The notes: generated from the sequence alone by a model not told the origin. Positions 1-13,953 are shown, counted from the first letter of the stretch. The stretch is 64,000 nucleotides of DNA from Octopus vulgaris (GCA_951406725.2 OX597824.1:43586001-43650000), one strand, 5' to 3'. Program-made: numbers and translations.

Positions 1-211
1 GCAAATTTCCCAGCTACTCTAAATGTTATATTGGCCATATAAGTGGGACACGATATATTTAGAATAATGAGCAACTGCATGTATGTATGTGTATGAGTTA
101 CAATGTATTATCTGTAACGGACTGCAGCTTCATGTATACAGTCTCAGTCTAGCTAAGCTCCATTACTTCTATCTCTTTCGCCCTCCTCTTTTTACCGCTC
201 TGTTTTTGTAC

Positions 212-230
212 CTCTTTCTCTCTCTCTCTT

Positions 231-262
<32 letters not shown>

Positions 263-292
263 CCTCTCTCTCTCTCTCTCACTCTCTCTCTC
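212..292. repeat. (CT)n microsatellite
   Basis: Direct reading of the CT tract. Confidence 0.95.
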
Positions 293-491
293 TGTTATAA
301 CTATCCATCTTCATAAATAAATATTAATTTGTCTACACAACTGCATACACCAATCTATATATGCTGCCATCTGTTCTGGAAACCCAGCTTAATCAGTAAT
401 TATTTTCTGAAGAACCAACTTTTCTGAACACCGAGTAATTATTTTCTGAACAATCCAGTTGTGCTTCAGCTCGGTTGCAATGCACAAATAG

Positions 492-533
<42 letters not shown>

Positions 534-833
534 CTTCAAAATGCTATATAGATAAATTTATGAATTACCTAATGAATTGATTAATCTTCTCTAACCCAAC
601 CGACGCACACAAAGACACACACACAGAGACATACGTGCATGCATATACAGACGTACATACATACGCACATGCATACCTTCTGTATCTGCTGACCTACAAC
701 TTCTTAAGTACCAGCAGGAATCTACTAGATTTCAACGAAACAGAATTTCTTCTAGGTTTTTGAAATTAGGGCAATTCCTTCTAATGTCTTTTATTTGTCT
801 CCTACTTTATTTATTTATTTATTTATTTATTTT

Positions 834-892
<59 letters not shown>

Positions 893-1612
893 GTATTTCA
901 CTATATCGCTCACTTTGCATGGTATTGCATGGTAGAGCCACGTTCCCAAAACTGAAGGAGTATAATATCCTTGTCCAAAAATCAGAAACAAAACAGTGCC
1001 TAAGACTTTCTATGCCGTGGGATAGAATTGTATAGGTTATGAACTATCGATGTTGTTTCGATTCTAATTTTAAGCCCTTCTTTACACTGCAGCTTTCTTT
1101 GGGAAAGGCATGAAAATTCCATCTTCCAGTTTATCTTATACAAAGTGCACGTTACCTTGTTGTGCCTTATCAAAAGAACTCAGTTTCTAAGGTTGGCTTA
1201 TTTAATTAAGCTGTGCTTTCGATTGACAAATGCAGTCAAGCATAAAGCACTGTATGTGCTGATGAAGAGCCGTGAAACGATTTGAGGTTCATGCCTTTTC
1301 TAACTCTAAAGGATATTGTTGGTTTACCAAAATTTAGGGCTTATGTATCAGTTTACTGCACTTGTTTATCCTTTGTTATAACAACAAGCCACTAAAATAT
1401 TAATTTGAGGGTAAACAACACGAAACAACACATTGGCAACAACACTAACAACGTTAACGACAATAACAAATGACCTTTAATGTCCTTCTCTGTTTCCCAT
1501 TTTTCAATTTTTTAAGTAGATTACTGACCATGAATTCACATACACATTCACGCATGCAGACATATTCATGGATAGATGAATACATGTGCATACATGAAAA
1601 CATCTTGTACAC

Positions 1613-1619
1613 TATATAT

Positions 1620-1675
<56 letters not shown>

Positions 1676-1739
1676 TATAGTGTGGATACACATACTCATG
1701 CATGCCTTCTCAGCACACTAATTTTAGTTTGGAAGCACT

Positions 1740-1773
<34 letters not shown>

Positions 1774-1905
1774 ACGCACACGCACACACACCCACACACA
1801 TACCCGTTCTCATTGTTGAACTTTTTCACTCTGTCTGTCTTAGAATTTATCTATCTATCTTGGTATATATATATATATATATATATGTATATGTATATGT
1901 ATATA

Positions 1906-1989
<84 letters not shown>

Positions 1990-2013
1990 TATATACATAT
2001 ATACATATATATA
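1613..2013. repeat. (TA)n/(CT)n/(CA)n microsatellite cluster
   Basis: Long TA runs at about 1613-1679 and 1864-2013; source of the spurious YIYI ORFs. Confidence 0.95.
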
Positions 2014-2942
2014 TGCACGTGAGTGTGTGTACGCTCACACATTAACATGCACACACGCCGTGTGTACACGCACACATACACACACAAATATACAACACAC
2101 ATACATACATCCCTCCTTTCCGTTCTCTCCACATCATCAGGTCATAGAAAATGTTTTCATCAATAATGCAAGCTGTTGATAATTGCACCGAGACGAATAG
2201 AGGAAAGAAATGATGATGTTGAAAATGATGATCATGAGGAGGAGGAGGAGGAGGAGGAGATAGTAGGGAGGGGAGGAGGGAGGAGAGTGTGGCAGCGGTG
2301 GTAGTGATGGTGGTGGTGGTGGCGGTGGCGGCGGCGGCGGCAGTGTTGGCTGCGGTAATGGTGACCGAGGTAGTGTTGACGGCAGTAGCGAATATGGTTT
2401 AGATGATGGTATTGGGGGTTATGTTGATAAAGGCGATAGGAATGGTGTTGTGTTTTGTTAGATGATGTTGGGGTTGGTGGAGATGACCAATATCATTTCT
2501 TTATTAGACATACAACCTGAAAGTCTATTGACTCTGGTGATGAATGTTACTGTAGATGAGAGTGATAGCAATGGTAGACTGCTTTTATGTTCATAAAGTG
2601 AGGAAGGGGAGAAAGAGGTTGAGGAAAAGGAGCTGAGGAATTGTGTGGGATTGGGGGAAAAAGGGTTAAAATGGTGGTGGGGGTGAAATTGGGTGAGAAT
2701 TAGTTAGAGAGCTTATGAGAGCAAGTGGGTGGAATTTAACTTCGAAGAATGGACGCTACGTGCCGTTGCAACCGTGGAAAATGTCAAATGTGCATTAGGA
2801 ACGTGGAAAATGGGACGCAAAAACGATGGCAGCAAAGAGGAGGAGGAGGAGGTGATGTCTGATGCTTGTGTCAGCAGGTCAGATGGTAGTGGTGTTAGTG
2901 GTCGTACTAATTGTGATGATGAGGATAGTATCTATGAAAGTC

Positions 2943-3027
<85 letters not shown>

Positions 3028-3564
3028 TACTGTTCATTATACTTGTATGATTGGTTGCTATATAAATCTGCTTAAATAATCCATTGATGGAGCTCTGTCT
3101 GATAAACTAGAAACAAGCACTAAGCAAACTTAAAAAAGATTTCTTTCTATATCTATTTTCTTGCCAGAGTTGCCTTACAGGAAATTAAAGTAGAGGTAAA
3201 TGACATTACTTTTCAACACTACTAGACGCTACAATATTTTCTTTGTGGAAAGGAGCTACTTGCTACGATGAAATTTAATTATTAAAGTTAAGAATCCCAT
3301 GCAAATACATATTAAAATATCGATTAAGGAAATTAATTCCGACCCACAGACACCGAAATTAGGCAATACTACTCCTGATGTGCATATCCATTTTTTCCTC
3401 TTTATAGTTCTTTTACTGTTCAATTTTCAATCATTTTATGCTATATTAAGTGTACTAAGCATGTACTTTTGGGTATCGCTTATGTCATTCTTTACTTATT
3501 ACTGTTTTCTGTCACTTCATTTACCCTTTTCCAACGAGTTCACCTGCACTCTCTATACTATAAG

Positions 3565-3596
<32 letters not shown>

Positions 3597-3655
3597 TATT
3601 ATCCTCGTTGCTGTTATTATTATTACTACTACTACTACTGGTATTATTATTATTA

Positions 3656-3721
<66 letters not shown>

Positions 3722-3743
3722 CATCATTATTATTATTATTATT
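3565..3743. repeat. (ATC)n/(TTA)n trinucleotide microsatellite
   Basis: Direct reading. Confidence 0.95.
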
Positions 3744-4265
3744 GAATGAGAGAGCAGTACATGCCATCAAAGTGACACTGGGGTACAATTATACGAAGCC
3801 CAGTATACCCGTCGTGACTATTCGTCTGATAGGGGTACACTAGGTACATGCATCACAACCATATGTGCGCGACATGGTGACCTCATATCAAGATAAACAG
3901 CGCATGACCTTGCAAGCCCATCTCTCTCAAAAGTTCCCTGGATAAGGGCTGTTTGAGGATGTTGAACGGAACACCCATGTTTCCAGAGGTGAATAATTGA
4001 AACTCCAAAGAATTCTTCTCAACACATGGCTATGATACTCTATGATACTACTTCTACTCGTGATCAGAGATGCACATATCATCAACCACTAAGGGACATG
4101 CTCAACTGGTTGAGGTCAAGCAACTAGCAAGCAAATATGTGGTACTAAGGAGAATAGTTGCTGTAGCCCATCTTTTATACCAAGACAAAACATGTATATG
4201 ATAACACTTGCAATTGGTTAAGATCAGAAGCCACGAGAGCCAGTCCTTGTACTGCATCAAGACAT
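3744..4265 (+). mobile_element. About 520-bp interspersed repeat abutting an (ATT)n tract
   Basis: Reverse-complement copy at 57801-58280 (e.g. gcgcatgaccttgcaag vs cttgcaaggtcatgcgc; cccatcttttataccaagacaaaacatgta vs tacatgttttgtcttggtataaaagatggg). Confidence 0.85.
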
Positions 4266-4308
4266 ATTTGATTTTGTTAGTCTTGTTTACACGCAAAACC
4301 CTCACAAC

Positions 4309-4360
<52 letters not shown>

Positions 4361-4456
4361 ACACACACACACACATTCTTCGTTTTTTCCTGCGCTGTCC
4401 ATAATGTTTTTTTCTTAATGTAAACTCTTGTGGTTAATAAAGAAATCATTATTATT

Positions 4457-4610
4457 GGCGAGCTGGCAGAATTGTTAGCACACCGGGCAAAACGCTTAGC
4501 GGCATTTCGTTACGTTTTCAGTTCAAATTCCGTGGACGATTTTGCTTTTCATCCTTTCAGGGTTGATAATTTAAGTACCAGTGAAACACTGGGGTCGATA
4601 CAGTTCTATA
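4457..4610 (+). mobile_element. tRNA-type SINE, family A (partial)
   Basis: ggcgagctggcagaa head, gttcaaattcc B-box-like motif and core ttttcatcctttcagggttgataatttaagtaccag, shared with many copies in the window. Confidence 0.85.
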
Positions 4611-4682
4611 TTTAAGAGATGGGGAATTATTTACATTATTTACATTATTTACAGTGACCTGAACAACAACAACAACAACAAC

Positions 4683-4744
<62 letters not shown>

Positions 4745-4796
4745 CAACATCGAAAAATACCTGAGGAATGAGAACCCAGGTTCGAAATATCCCCAA

Positions 4797-4842
4797 GACA
4801 CCTGAAGAAGGCTGGAGGGTATATCAGCCGAAAAGCTGTGTT
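4797..4842 (+). ncRNA. Minimal type I hammerhead-ribozyme-like motif (Penelope-type, probably decayed)
   Basis: gacac-CTGAAGA-a-ggctg(gagggtatat)cagcc-GAAA-ag-ct-gtgtt. Stem I gacac/gtgtt and stem II ggctg/cagcc pair; the cleavage-site region is non-canonical. Confidence 0.6.
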
Positions 4843-4964
4843 AACAACAAACAAGATGAGGACAAATATCCGTCGAATGTAAATAATGTACTGGGTTCGA
4901 TGTAATCCCCCACAAATTTCATGCCTTCTGCCTTTAGTAGAAAAGATTATTATTATTGTTGTTG

Positions 4965-5058
<94 letters not shown>

Positions 5059-5455
5059 GGCGGCAAACTGGCAGAATCGTTAGCACGCCGGGCGAAATGC
5101 TTAGCGGTATTTAGTCTGCCGCTACGTTCTGAGTTCAAATTCCGCCCAGGTCGACTTTGCCTTTCATCCTTTCGGGGTCGATTAAATAAGTACCAGTTAC
5201 GCACTGGGGTCGATGTAATCGACTTAATCCGTTTGTCTGTCCTTGTTTGTCCTCTCTGTGTTTAGCCCCTTGTGGGTAGTAAAGAAATAGGTATTTCGTC
5301 TGCCGTTATGTTCATAGTTCAAATTTCGCCGAGGTCGACTTTGCCTTTCATCCTTTCGGGGTCGATAAATTAAGTTACCAGTTGAACACTGGGTTCGATG
5401 TAATCCACTTACTCATTCCCTTAGAATTTCAAGCATTGAGAATATAGTAGAAAGG

Positions 5456-5460
<5 letters not shown>
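5059..5460 (+). mobile_element. SINE family A: full copy plus head-less tandem second copy
   Basis: Full unit 5059-5290; a second unit restarts at internal gtatttcgtctgccg and ends in agtagaaaggatt(ATT)n. Confidence 0.9.
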
Positions 5461-5505
<45 letters not shown>

Positions 5506-5538
5506 CATTATTATTATTCAACGAAGAGCGCGATGCGA

Positions 5539-6036
5539 TTGCAATAGATATCTTATTGGTTGAACGATACTTCGACAGCAAGCCTGTCTTTGTCGAGATC
5601 AAAATAAGTGATAAAAATTCCAAATTATAGAAATTCAAATCTAAAGTATGGACGAGAGCAACCAGCGTTCACACGCTGACGGAATGACATCATCAGTCTT
5701 TAAGTTTCAATTTTATAACTGGCGAAAAGAAAAAGACAGAAAAAAAAGGGAACAAAGAAAAGAAAATAGAAGAATATTTAATCAGTTTGATTAAATATTC
5801 ATTTTTCTTTTTCATTTTCATTTTTCTTACCATTTTTCTCTCTTTCTTTTCGCCAGTTATAAAATTGAAACTTAAAGACTGATGATGTCATTCCTTCAAC
5901 GTGTGAACGCTGGCTACTCTCGTATATACTTTAGATTTGAATTTCTATAATTTTAAATTATCACTTTTTATTTTGAACTCGACAAAGACAGAATTGCTGT
6001 CGAAATATCGTTCAACCAATAAAATATCTATTGCAA
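5539..6036. repeat. About 500-bp imperfect palindrome (inverted pair of Penelope-like terminal repeats)
   Basis: Arms about 5539-5784 and 5788-6036 centred on gaatatttaatca-gtt-tgattaaatattc. ORFs 5429..5638(-) and 5937..6137(+) translate to near-identical peptides. Confidence 0.92.
5973..6015 (+). ncRNA. Hammerhead-ribozyme-like motif, U3:A8 variant core
   Basis: ttgaac-TCGACAA-a-gacag(aattg)ctgtc-GAAA-ta-TC-gttcaa, with a perfect 6-bp stem I and 5-bp stem II, followed by AATAAA at 6018. Mirror copy at 5560-5602(-). Confidence 0.55.
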
Positions 6037-6369
6037 GTCAAGCGTACCCCTGTTTGCTCACTAAGGTCTGTCACAATCCTTTCTACAATAGGCACTTAGT
6101 TTCAAAGTTTGGTACAAGACTAGTAGGAATTAGTTGATTAAATCGACCCTACAGCTCAACTGGTTCTTATTTCATCGTTCCTGAAAAGGATAAAAAGCGA
6201 AGTCGATCTTGGTGGAATTCTAAATCAGATCGTAAAGTGGAATAATAATAATAATTTCAAATTTTGCCACAAGGGTAGCAAATTTGGGGGATACCGCTAA
6301 GCATTTTGTGCAGCGTGCTAACGACTCTGCCAGTTAACCACCTTAATAATAATAATAGTAATAATAATA

Positions 6370-6445
<76 letters not shown>

Positions 6446-6652
6446 TAATCCTTTCTACTATAGGCATAAGGCCTGAAAATTGAGGGTGAGGGCCAGTCGA
6501 TTAGATCGATTAGCAACTGGTACTTAATTTATCGACTTCGATTGCCTTTCATCTTTTCGAAGTCGATAAATTAAGTACCAGTTGCTAATCGATCTAATCG
6601 ACTGGCCCTCACCCTCAATTTTCAGGCCTTATGCCTATAGTAGAAAGGATTA

Positions 6653-6701
<49 letters not shown>

Positions 6702-7038
6702 TATTATTATTACTATTATTATTATTAAGGTGGTTAACTGGCAGAGTCGTTAGCACGCTGCACAAAATGCTTAGCGGTATCCCCCAAATTTGCTACCCTT
6801 GTGGCAAAATTTGAAATTATTATTATTATTCCACTTTACGATCTGATTTAGAATTCCACCAAGATCGACTTCGCTTTTTATCCTTTTCAGGAACGATGAA
6901 ATAAGAACCAGTTGAGCTGTAGGGTCGATTTAATCAACTAATTCCTACTAGTCTTGTACCAAACTTTGAAACTAAGTGCCTATTGTAGAAAGGATTGTGA
7001 GAGACCTTAGTGAGCAAACAGGGGTACGCTTGACTTGC
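6033..7038. repeat. Near-perfect ~1-kb palindrome made of SINE fragments and (AAT)n
   Basis: Arms 6033-6541 and 6557-7038 with a 15-nt loop ttgcctttcatcttt. I saw one substitution and a different (AAT)n length. Confidence 0.95.
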
Positions 7039-8589
7039 TAGAAATAACAACCAAATCTTCTTCAAATCGCATCCCACCGTATAGAGAAGTGGGAAAATAT
7101 TAGGCAATATAGTACCAGGTATCCTTAATCATCTGGATAATTACGACCGGAACGCTTATGATCGTAGATCTATATGATCAGGACTTATCTGGAGGCTAAG
7201 TACCATCAAATGAGGCCTTGTGCCAACGTAACCTAATCAACTAATTAAGTCAACCTTTATGATAAAAAAATTAGAAGTCATTCACCAAAATTTCAAACTA
7301 ATCCCAACGTAGGATCCTCTACACGGTCGCTTGACTTGTCAGAAATAACAACCAAAATCACCTTCAAATTACCCCTTACCGTCTTTAAAAAGTGGGGAAA
7401 TGTATGCAGAACTACATTATCCAATATGTATTTTCTATTTTTCTTTTTTTAAATTTGCGATGGTATGATTTGATTGAAATCGGTTTGGGTAGCTATTCTA
7501 GGAACTAAAGTGACTACATAGAGGATCCCTCGTTAGCTCCGTCATATTGTTACTTAAATAAGTTAGTAATTGTTGTTTGTAGTTGTAAGTACATAATGGC
7601 CTCTCAATCACGATATTTACGGTATATGTCTTTTTCTATCGCCTCAAGTTGATCGATATCTTATGAGTTAAATTAAGTAGATGGAAACTGCATAGAAGCC
7701 TGTAGAATGGATTGTGCAAGTAAGTCAAAGAGGTATAGCCTTCTCATACACTATGTCACACTGATTGTGTCTGAAGATTATGTTTAGGATGCACGTTTCT
7801 ATGGAATATTCAGTCATTTACACTTTAATTCAGGTGCAAACAATTCAGGTGATCGAACAACGGAATCTTCAGCTTCGCGCAGCGTAGATACACCGTTGTT
7901 TATAATCGTTGTTTAGCAAGCAAATATTACTTACATTTTGTGGAATATCCGTGACCAAACTGGGCAGCATTTATTCAATTGGTTTATCATATTATGGTTG
8001 TGCCAGTTCTGTTAATCAGTCCTATTTTGCGTCAGCTTGAACAAATATCTACTACGATAGCTCCCAGTTAACCATAGCTATGCGGATAAAATTTGGGAGA
8101 CGGAAACTGAGTAAAACTATCGGAGTAAAAGTTTCTATTATTGGGAGGTATTCAGTTGTTCGATCGATGTTTATTTACGCTCCTTTATGTTCTCGGTTCA
8201 AATCACGTCTAGGTCAACTTTACCTCTCAATTTTCCGAAGTCGATAGGTATAAAGTATGAGTCAAGTACTGTAGTCGATTCAGTGAACTAAATACTAACA
8301 AATTTGTGACCTTGTACCTATGTTATAAATTATTATTAACATTGATGCCAGAGATAAGAATGAAATGCAACATCAGATTATCTATAACTTTAATTTATTT
8401 ATAACTTTATTTATAACTGTAATCATAATATTTTTAATATTATTTCTCGTAACTTCCACGTAACTTTGATACTAATAGATATAATTTTTGGAAAAAATAT
8501 ATGGAAAAAATATAACTTCGCTATTTATAACAAAATTAGATAAGCTTCTATTCGTTTGTGAAATCAATACATTATTTTCACTACCTGAT

Positions 8590-8591
<2 letters not shown>

Positions 8592-8686
<95 letters not shown>
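8592..8686. repeat. (CT)n microsatellite
   Basis: Direct reading. Confidence 0.95.
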
Positions 8687-8688
<2 letters not shown>

Positions 8689-9452
8689 GATTTTAACTCA
8701 CTATAAATATGACATCCCCTGCTCCATTCCAGCGCATGCATACACATATATAATAGAGAAAAAAAGCATAAATGGCATGTTTTCGAGAAGATAACAGTTT
8801 CAGTTGATTTGTTTTATTTTTGTTTTTGTTCTTTTTTTTTTTTTAGAATATGTTACAGTCGATATCATCAGCATCATCTTTATTATTATTAATATACTCT
8901 CTTCTTTCTATCATTCCAGTTTTCTTTCCCTCACTACATTTCTCCCGATCCCACTCTTTATTCTTTTGTATTTCTTTCTCTCGCTTTTTCATTCCTGGAC
9001 GTCATGTGTGCAAAGGAAAAATTGGCCATATTGTGTTGTGAAGAACATGGCCATGCCGTGAAACCTACATAATAATACAGTTTCACTTTGTAATGAATAT
9101 CAAAGCTATTTAAAGCCAAATGACTGGGAGTAACTGGAGAAAAACAGAATTAGAGATAGAGTGAAAGAGAAACAGAGAGAATGAGAATGAGAGAGGGAGA
9201 GAGACAGCAGACACAGAGACAGAGAGTGGTTGAGACAGGATGAAAGATGAATGAAGAGAAGAAGGCTGATGTAGAACTATGGAGAGTTATCGATTTTGTC
9301 TATTAATTCAAATGCAGCGATGTATTTTAGTTACTGTGCTTAATGGCGACCGGAACATGATGGAAAGAGTGGTCATGCGCATTTCGTAAAACAAGTGACT
9401 GCTGACTGCAAAGAGAAACACACGTACAAAAGCGCGCGCGCACGCGCACACA

Positions 9453-9615
<163 letters not shown>

Positions 9616-10310
9616 TGCGCATCATGTACATGCAAGAATATATATATATATATTGTATTACCTTCATATACTATATGTAATTTCAAATGAGTTTTGTACA
9701 TTAGCACATTTCGCTTGATGTTGCCGTTATTTAATTTCGGGCGAACCCCGACGAAAAGACTTATAATTAAAGGTGCCATAGCCTTAACCATCCAATATTT
9801 ATTTGGAGGGGTGTCTAGAACTATATCATCTAATTCATCGATTCTCAAACTGACAAATGCCACCCTCCACTTCCAAAAATATTAGTGAATGTTTTGATTC
9901 ACCATTCTTCGTTAATCCTTTCTACTATAGGCACGAGGCCTGAAGTTTTGGGGGAAGAGACCAGTTGATTACAACTGGAACTTATTTCATCGACTCCAAA
10001 AGGATGAAAGACAAAGTCGATCTCGGCAGAATTTGAACTCAGAATGTATACCCACTTTCTATTAATGAAAAGGCAAAATAGAGTCTGTATTTTTTTCTAT
10101 TTATAGTTATAAAATAGTTACGTTTTATTAAATATGACAAATTGCACGCCTCTGCTTAATATTTACTGCTCCTCCCCTATGAGAAACACTGGTCTAATAT
10201 ATTTTTCTTTTTTCAAAAAATATGGGCTTAAGGAGATTCATTTATTATTTTATTCAGACCGCACAATCAGCCCAGAGGGTCCCTAATTGGCACATTTTGT
10301 TTTCTTAAAA

Positions 10311-10652
10311 TCTATAATAATAAACGCAAAATTCTGTCAGTCCGTCCGTCCGGGACCCCGTATCTCAGTCTGCATTTGCTCTACATAGACATATACCGTT
10401 TTGGAATCAGGATGATCCCGGGATTGAAAATCTGACCGTCATTTGGTTCTTGAACATCCAGTATTGGGATTAGGTCTGGATGAAAATTTGTTATATGCTA
10501 ACAGTTAAAAATTCAAATTTTAAAAGAACTCAAAAAATGTGTGAACTTACAAGTTTTTTATTTAAACTTAATCTAGTTTTGGATCACAGGCTCAATTAGC
10601 CCTCCGCAGTAGCTACCTTTAAAGTCCGCACGTAGAGCGGCTTTTAAGCTAG
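10311..10652 (+). mobile_element. Non-autonomous Helitron (342 bp)
   Basis: A|TC 5' end (tctataataataaacgc), gtccgtccgtcc subterminal repeat, 3' hairpin ccgc-acgtaga-gcgg and CTAG|T end; no TSD. Confidence 0.7.
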
Positions 10653-12062
10653 TGCTGGATAAACCAGCATCGAGCTCAATTTATTTCTTGAAATTAGAGA
10701 TCGTAAAGTCAAATGCATTACAAATATTCTTTTCAAACGAACAGAGCTTATAAGAAGGCAGTCACCAATCGGGACATTGCGCAACAAGAAATTTTGAGAT
10801 CTGGATCGAAGTGAAATTGAAACAAACTAACGAGATATGAATGACCGGAATATTAGAATTCAAGATAGTCTCAAAATTTCATGCACGTTGATATGTAGAT
10901 GCTGAAGCGTGAGGAAATACTTGTCAAAGATAAGTATTATCAATGAAAACAAGTGGGTTCAAACTTTACATTTATTTTACTTTTAATATAGTGATCACGC
11001 GCCCTCACACAAGCACACACCCTACGTTCTCTCTTTCTTTCTCTCTCTCACACACACACACGCATACACACACATACACAAACGCGCGCGCGCACACACG
11101 TAAGCATGCAAACACACATCAGTGTTCTTAAAAGGCATACTTTATGGGTTGTCGTAACCGACTAGACTTATGCTCCAAGGCTTCTACCATGGATCCTTAC
11201 CTCCTTCATTTTAGACATAATCTAGTTATGACCTAAACTATCACTTTTTCAAGCCAGTGGGATATAAACAGGTAGGATATGCACACACACACACACACAC
11301 ACACATTTATACAAACATATATATTTATACACATACATACATACATACATATATATATATATAGTTCTAATTGCCATTTGGCAATTAGAACCTCAAGAGG
11401 TAGAGATTTTTTTCTAATAAATCAAATATTTATGTTGGATGGTATATGATATACCTGTTTTTGTCTGTTATTCAAATACATACCACTGGCCATTCTGAGT
11501 TATTTCTCTTAACTCATTTTTGTTTATGCACACACACGCATACATACACACACACACACACGCATACATACATCCACACGCATACATACATACACACAAA
11601 CACATTCACATTTGTGTGTGTGTGTGTGTGTGTATGCGCGCACGTGAATTGACGTACACATTCTATACATATAATTTCGTTTTTATACTCATATACATAA
11701 ACATACTTCGTATGTATATAGCATTATCTATTAAGCTCCATATAAAGTTGTATTTCAAGACTAAGATTTCCTATAAGAAAAAGATAATAAAATAACCATC
11801 ACACATGACCGACCGGCAGTGTATGGACATTTTGCACAGATGATGCGAGAAAAGAAAACCCTCGTTGCAGTAAAAACTGGGACGGGGAAAAAAGGAAAAA
11901 CATGTATCATTGTCGTGACAGACAATACCCTTTATATATTGCTTTTGTTTCACTACCTACCCGAGGAGATATGAGGTATGGGTTATAGATATATAGAAAG
12001 ATAGACAGATAGATAGACAGCCAAGCAAACAGCCAGACAGATAGACAGACAGACAAATAGAC

Positions 12063-12150
<88 letters not shown>

Positions 12151-12408
12151 GCATAAATTATGAATATATATTCATCTACTTACAAAATTTAAAGGACTGA
12201 CCACTAAAAGTGGACAGTCTATATGCTAGCTCGAGAGCTGCGACTATACTGGAGCTCACATACACACACATATATATATATATGTATGTATGTATATATG
12301 TGTGTGCGCGCGCGCATGTATGTATTTATTGTTGCATGTATACGAATTTACATATAAATAAGTATGCATACAGCCACACACCCCACACCCACCCATCATC
12401 ACCCACAT

Positions 12409-12448
<40 letters not shown>

Positions 12449-12687
12449 GTTTATATGGGTTCGGACTTTTGAAAATTACAGTTCAGAGAGAAAATATACA
12501 ACACCGCTGGACAGTCGCCCGAAGACCGGAAGCATGTCTTAGAAATTATATATTCGAAGCTGATTCGTGTGTAAATATATGTATGTGTGTGGGAAGTGCT
12601 CGAACGAATATTTATATTCAATGCACGTGAAGCGAACTGTACATTCGGTCCTGCTAAGCCACAGAGCGTTTACTTTATCTTCCAAAC

Positions 12688-13155
12688 TAAAGGTCGGCAA
12701 AGTTCCTATATCATTGACCTCTTTCATGAAACTGGTGATAATTGTCGACCCCCATTATCTAAACTCCTAAAATGAAATTTTTTAAATTTTAAGTAATAAA
12801 ATTTCTTGCTTTAGAAAGAATAATTTTTCGTTCTTATGCATCATTATGACTTTTTAATAAGAGATATTTAAAGAAATTTAATGAATATACTTAACGAAAT
12901 TGAAAGAGAACAATAAAAGTTTAGTGATATATTGGTATAGTCGGAATATTTAATGTGAAATATGGTGAATACTAGTTATTACATCGGTATTTGGCTGGAA
13001 ATCAGTTTTAGCTTTAAATTACCCCGTTCTTCTAGATTCAGTTCGCTAGTAATTCAGCACCCTAAATGCTTAAAACCCTTTTCAGTTGTTTATCGACCCA
13101 TTGTATAGCCTGGTAGACCCCCAGAGTTCGATTTTAACCACTTTGCTGACCCCTG
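12688..13155. mobile_element. Old hAT (Charlie-like) MITE
   Basis: Degenerate TIRs taaaggtcggcaaagt and actttgctgacccctg (12/16 match); 8-bp flanks ttccaaac and ctctaaaa partly match. Confidence 0.5.
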
Positions 13156-13410
13156 CTCTAAAAAGATCGAAGAGAAACAATGAATAGGTACGCTAGAGGT
13201 CATCTAAAGAAAGTTTGGACTAAGCTCAGTAAAAGTGAAAGCCAACTGATTGGCTTCTGTGCATTTTTTCTTTTCTCCTTTTTTTTATCTTTTTTGTAAT
13301 TGTCCTTAATTGGCAACTTTACTGCCATTCGTTTTCATTTGGCACGTAACTGCACACGCCAGCAATACCTTACTCCCATATTCCTCTCTCTCTCTCTCTC
13401 TCTCTCTTTA

Positions 13411-13457
<47 letters not shown>

Positions 13458-13464
13458 GTGTATG

Positions 13465-13520
<56 letters not shown>

Positions 13521-13910
13521 TGTATGTATGTATGTACGTATGTATCCACGCACACACATTACACACAAGTCACAAACAAATATCAAAGCTACACACACAC
13601 TGTGCACCGAGTATTGCAGTATCAGTACATTGAATGAGTTCTGTTGCTCGACTTCATATGGTGGTGATTGTAATATTTTGTTACTGATTCTGCTACTACT
13701 TTAATGGTGATTTTGTTGTTTTTGTTGTTTTGGTGATGCTGTTGATCGTAGTGGCGGTGGCGGTAGTGGTGGTGGTGGTGGTGGTGGTAGAGGCGGTTTT
13801 CCTCATCTTCTTAATCGTGGCAAAAAGCAGTGAAGATGGTAATAATGAAAAAGAATATAATAAAGACTCGTGAGGTACAAGGAGAGAGTGAGAGACAGAG
13901 AAACAGAAAC

Positions 13911-13953
<43 letters not shown>

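Noticed and set aside
1259-1281. CTGATGA...GAAACG hammerhead-like boxes
   Set aside because: The intervening agagccgt cannot form stem II and no stem I pairing is visible.
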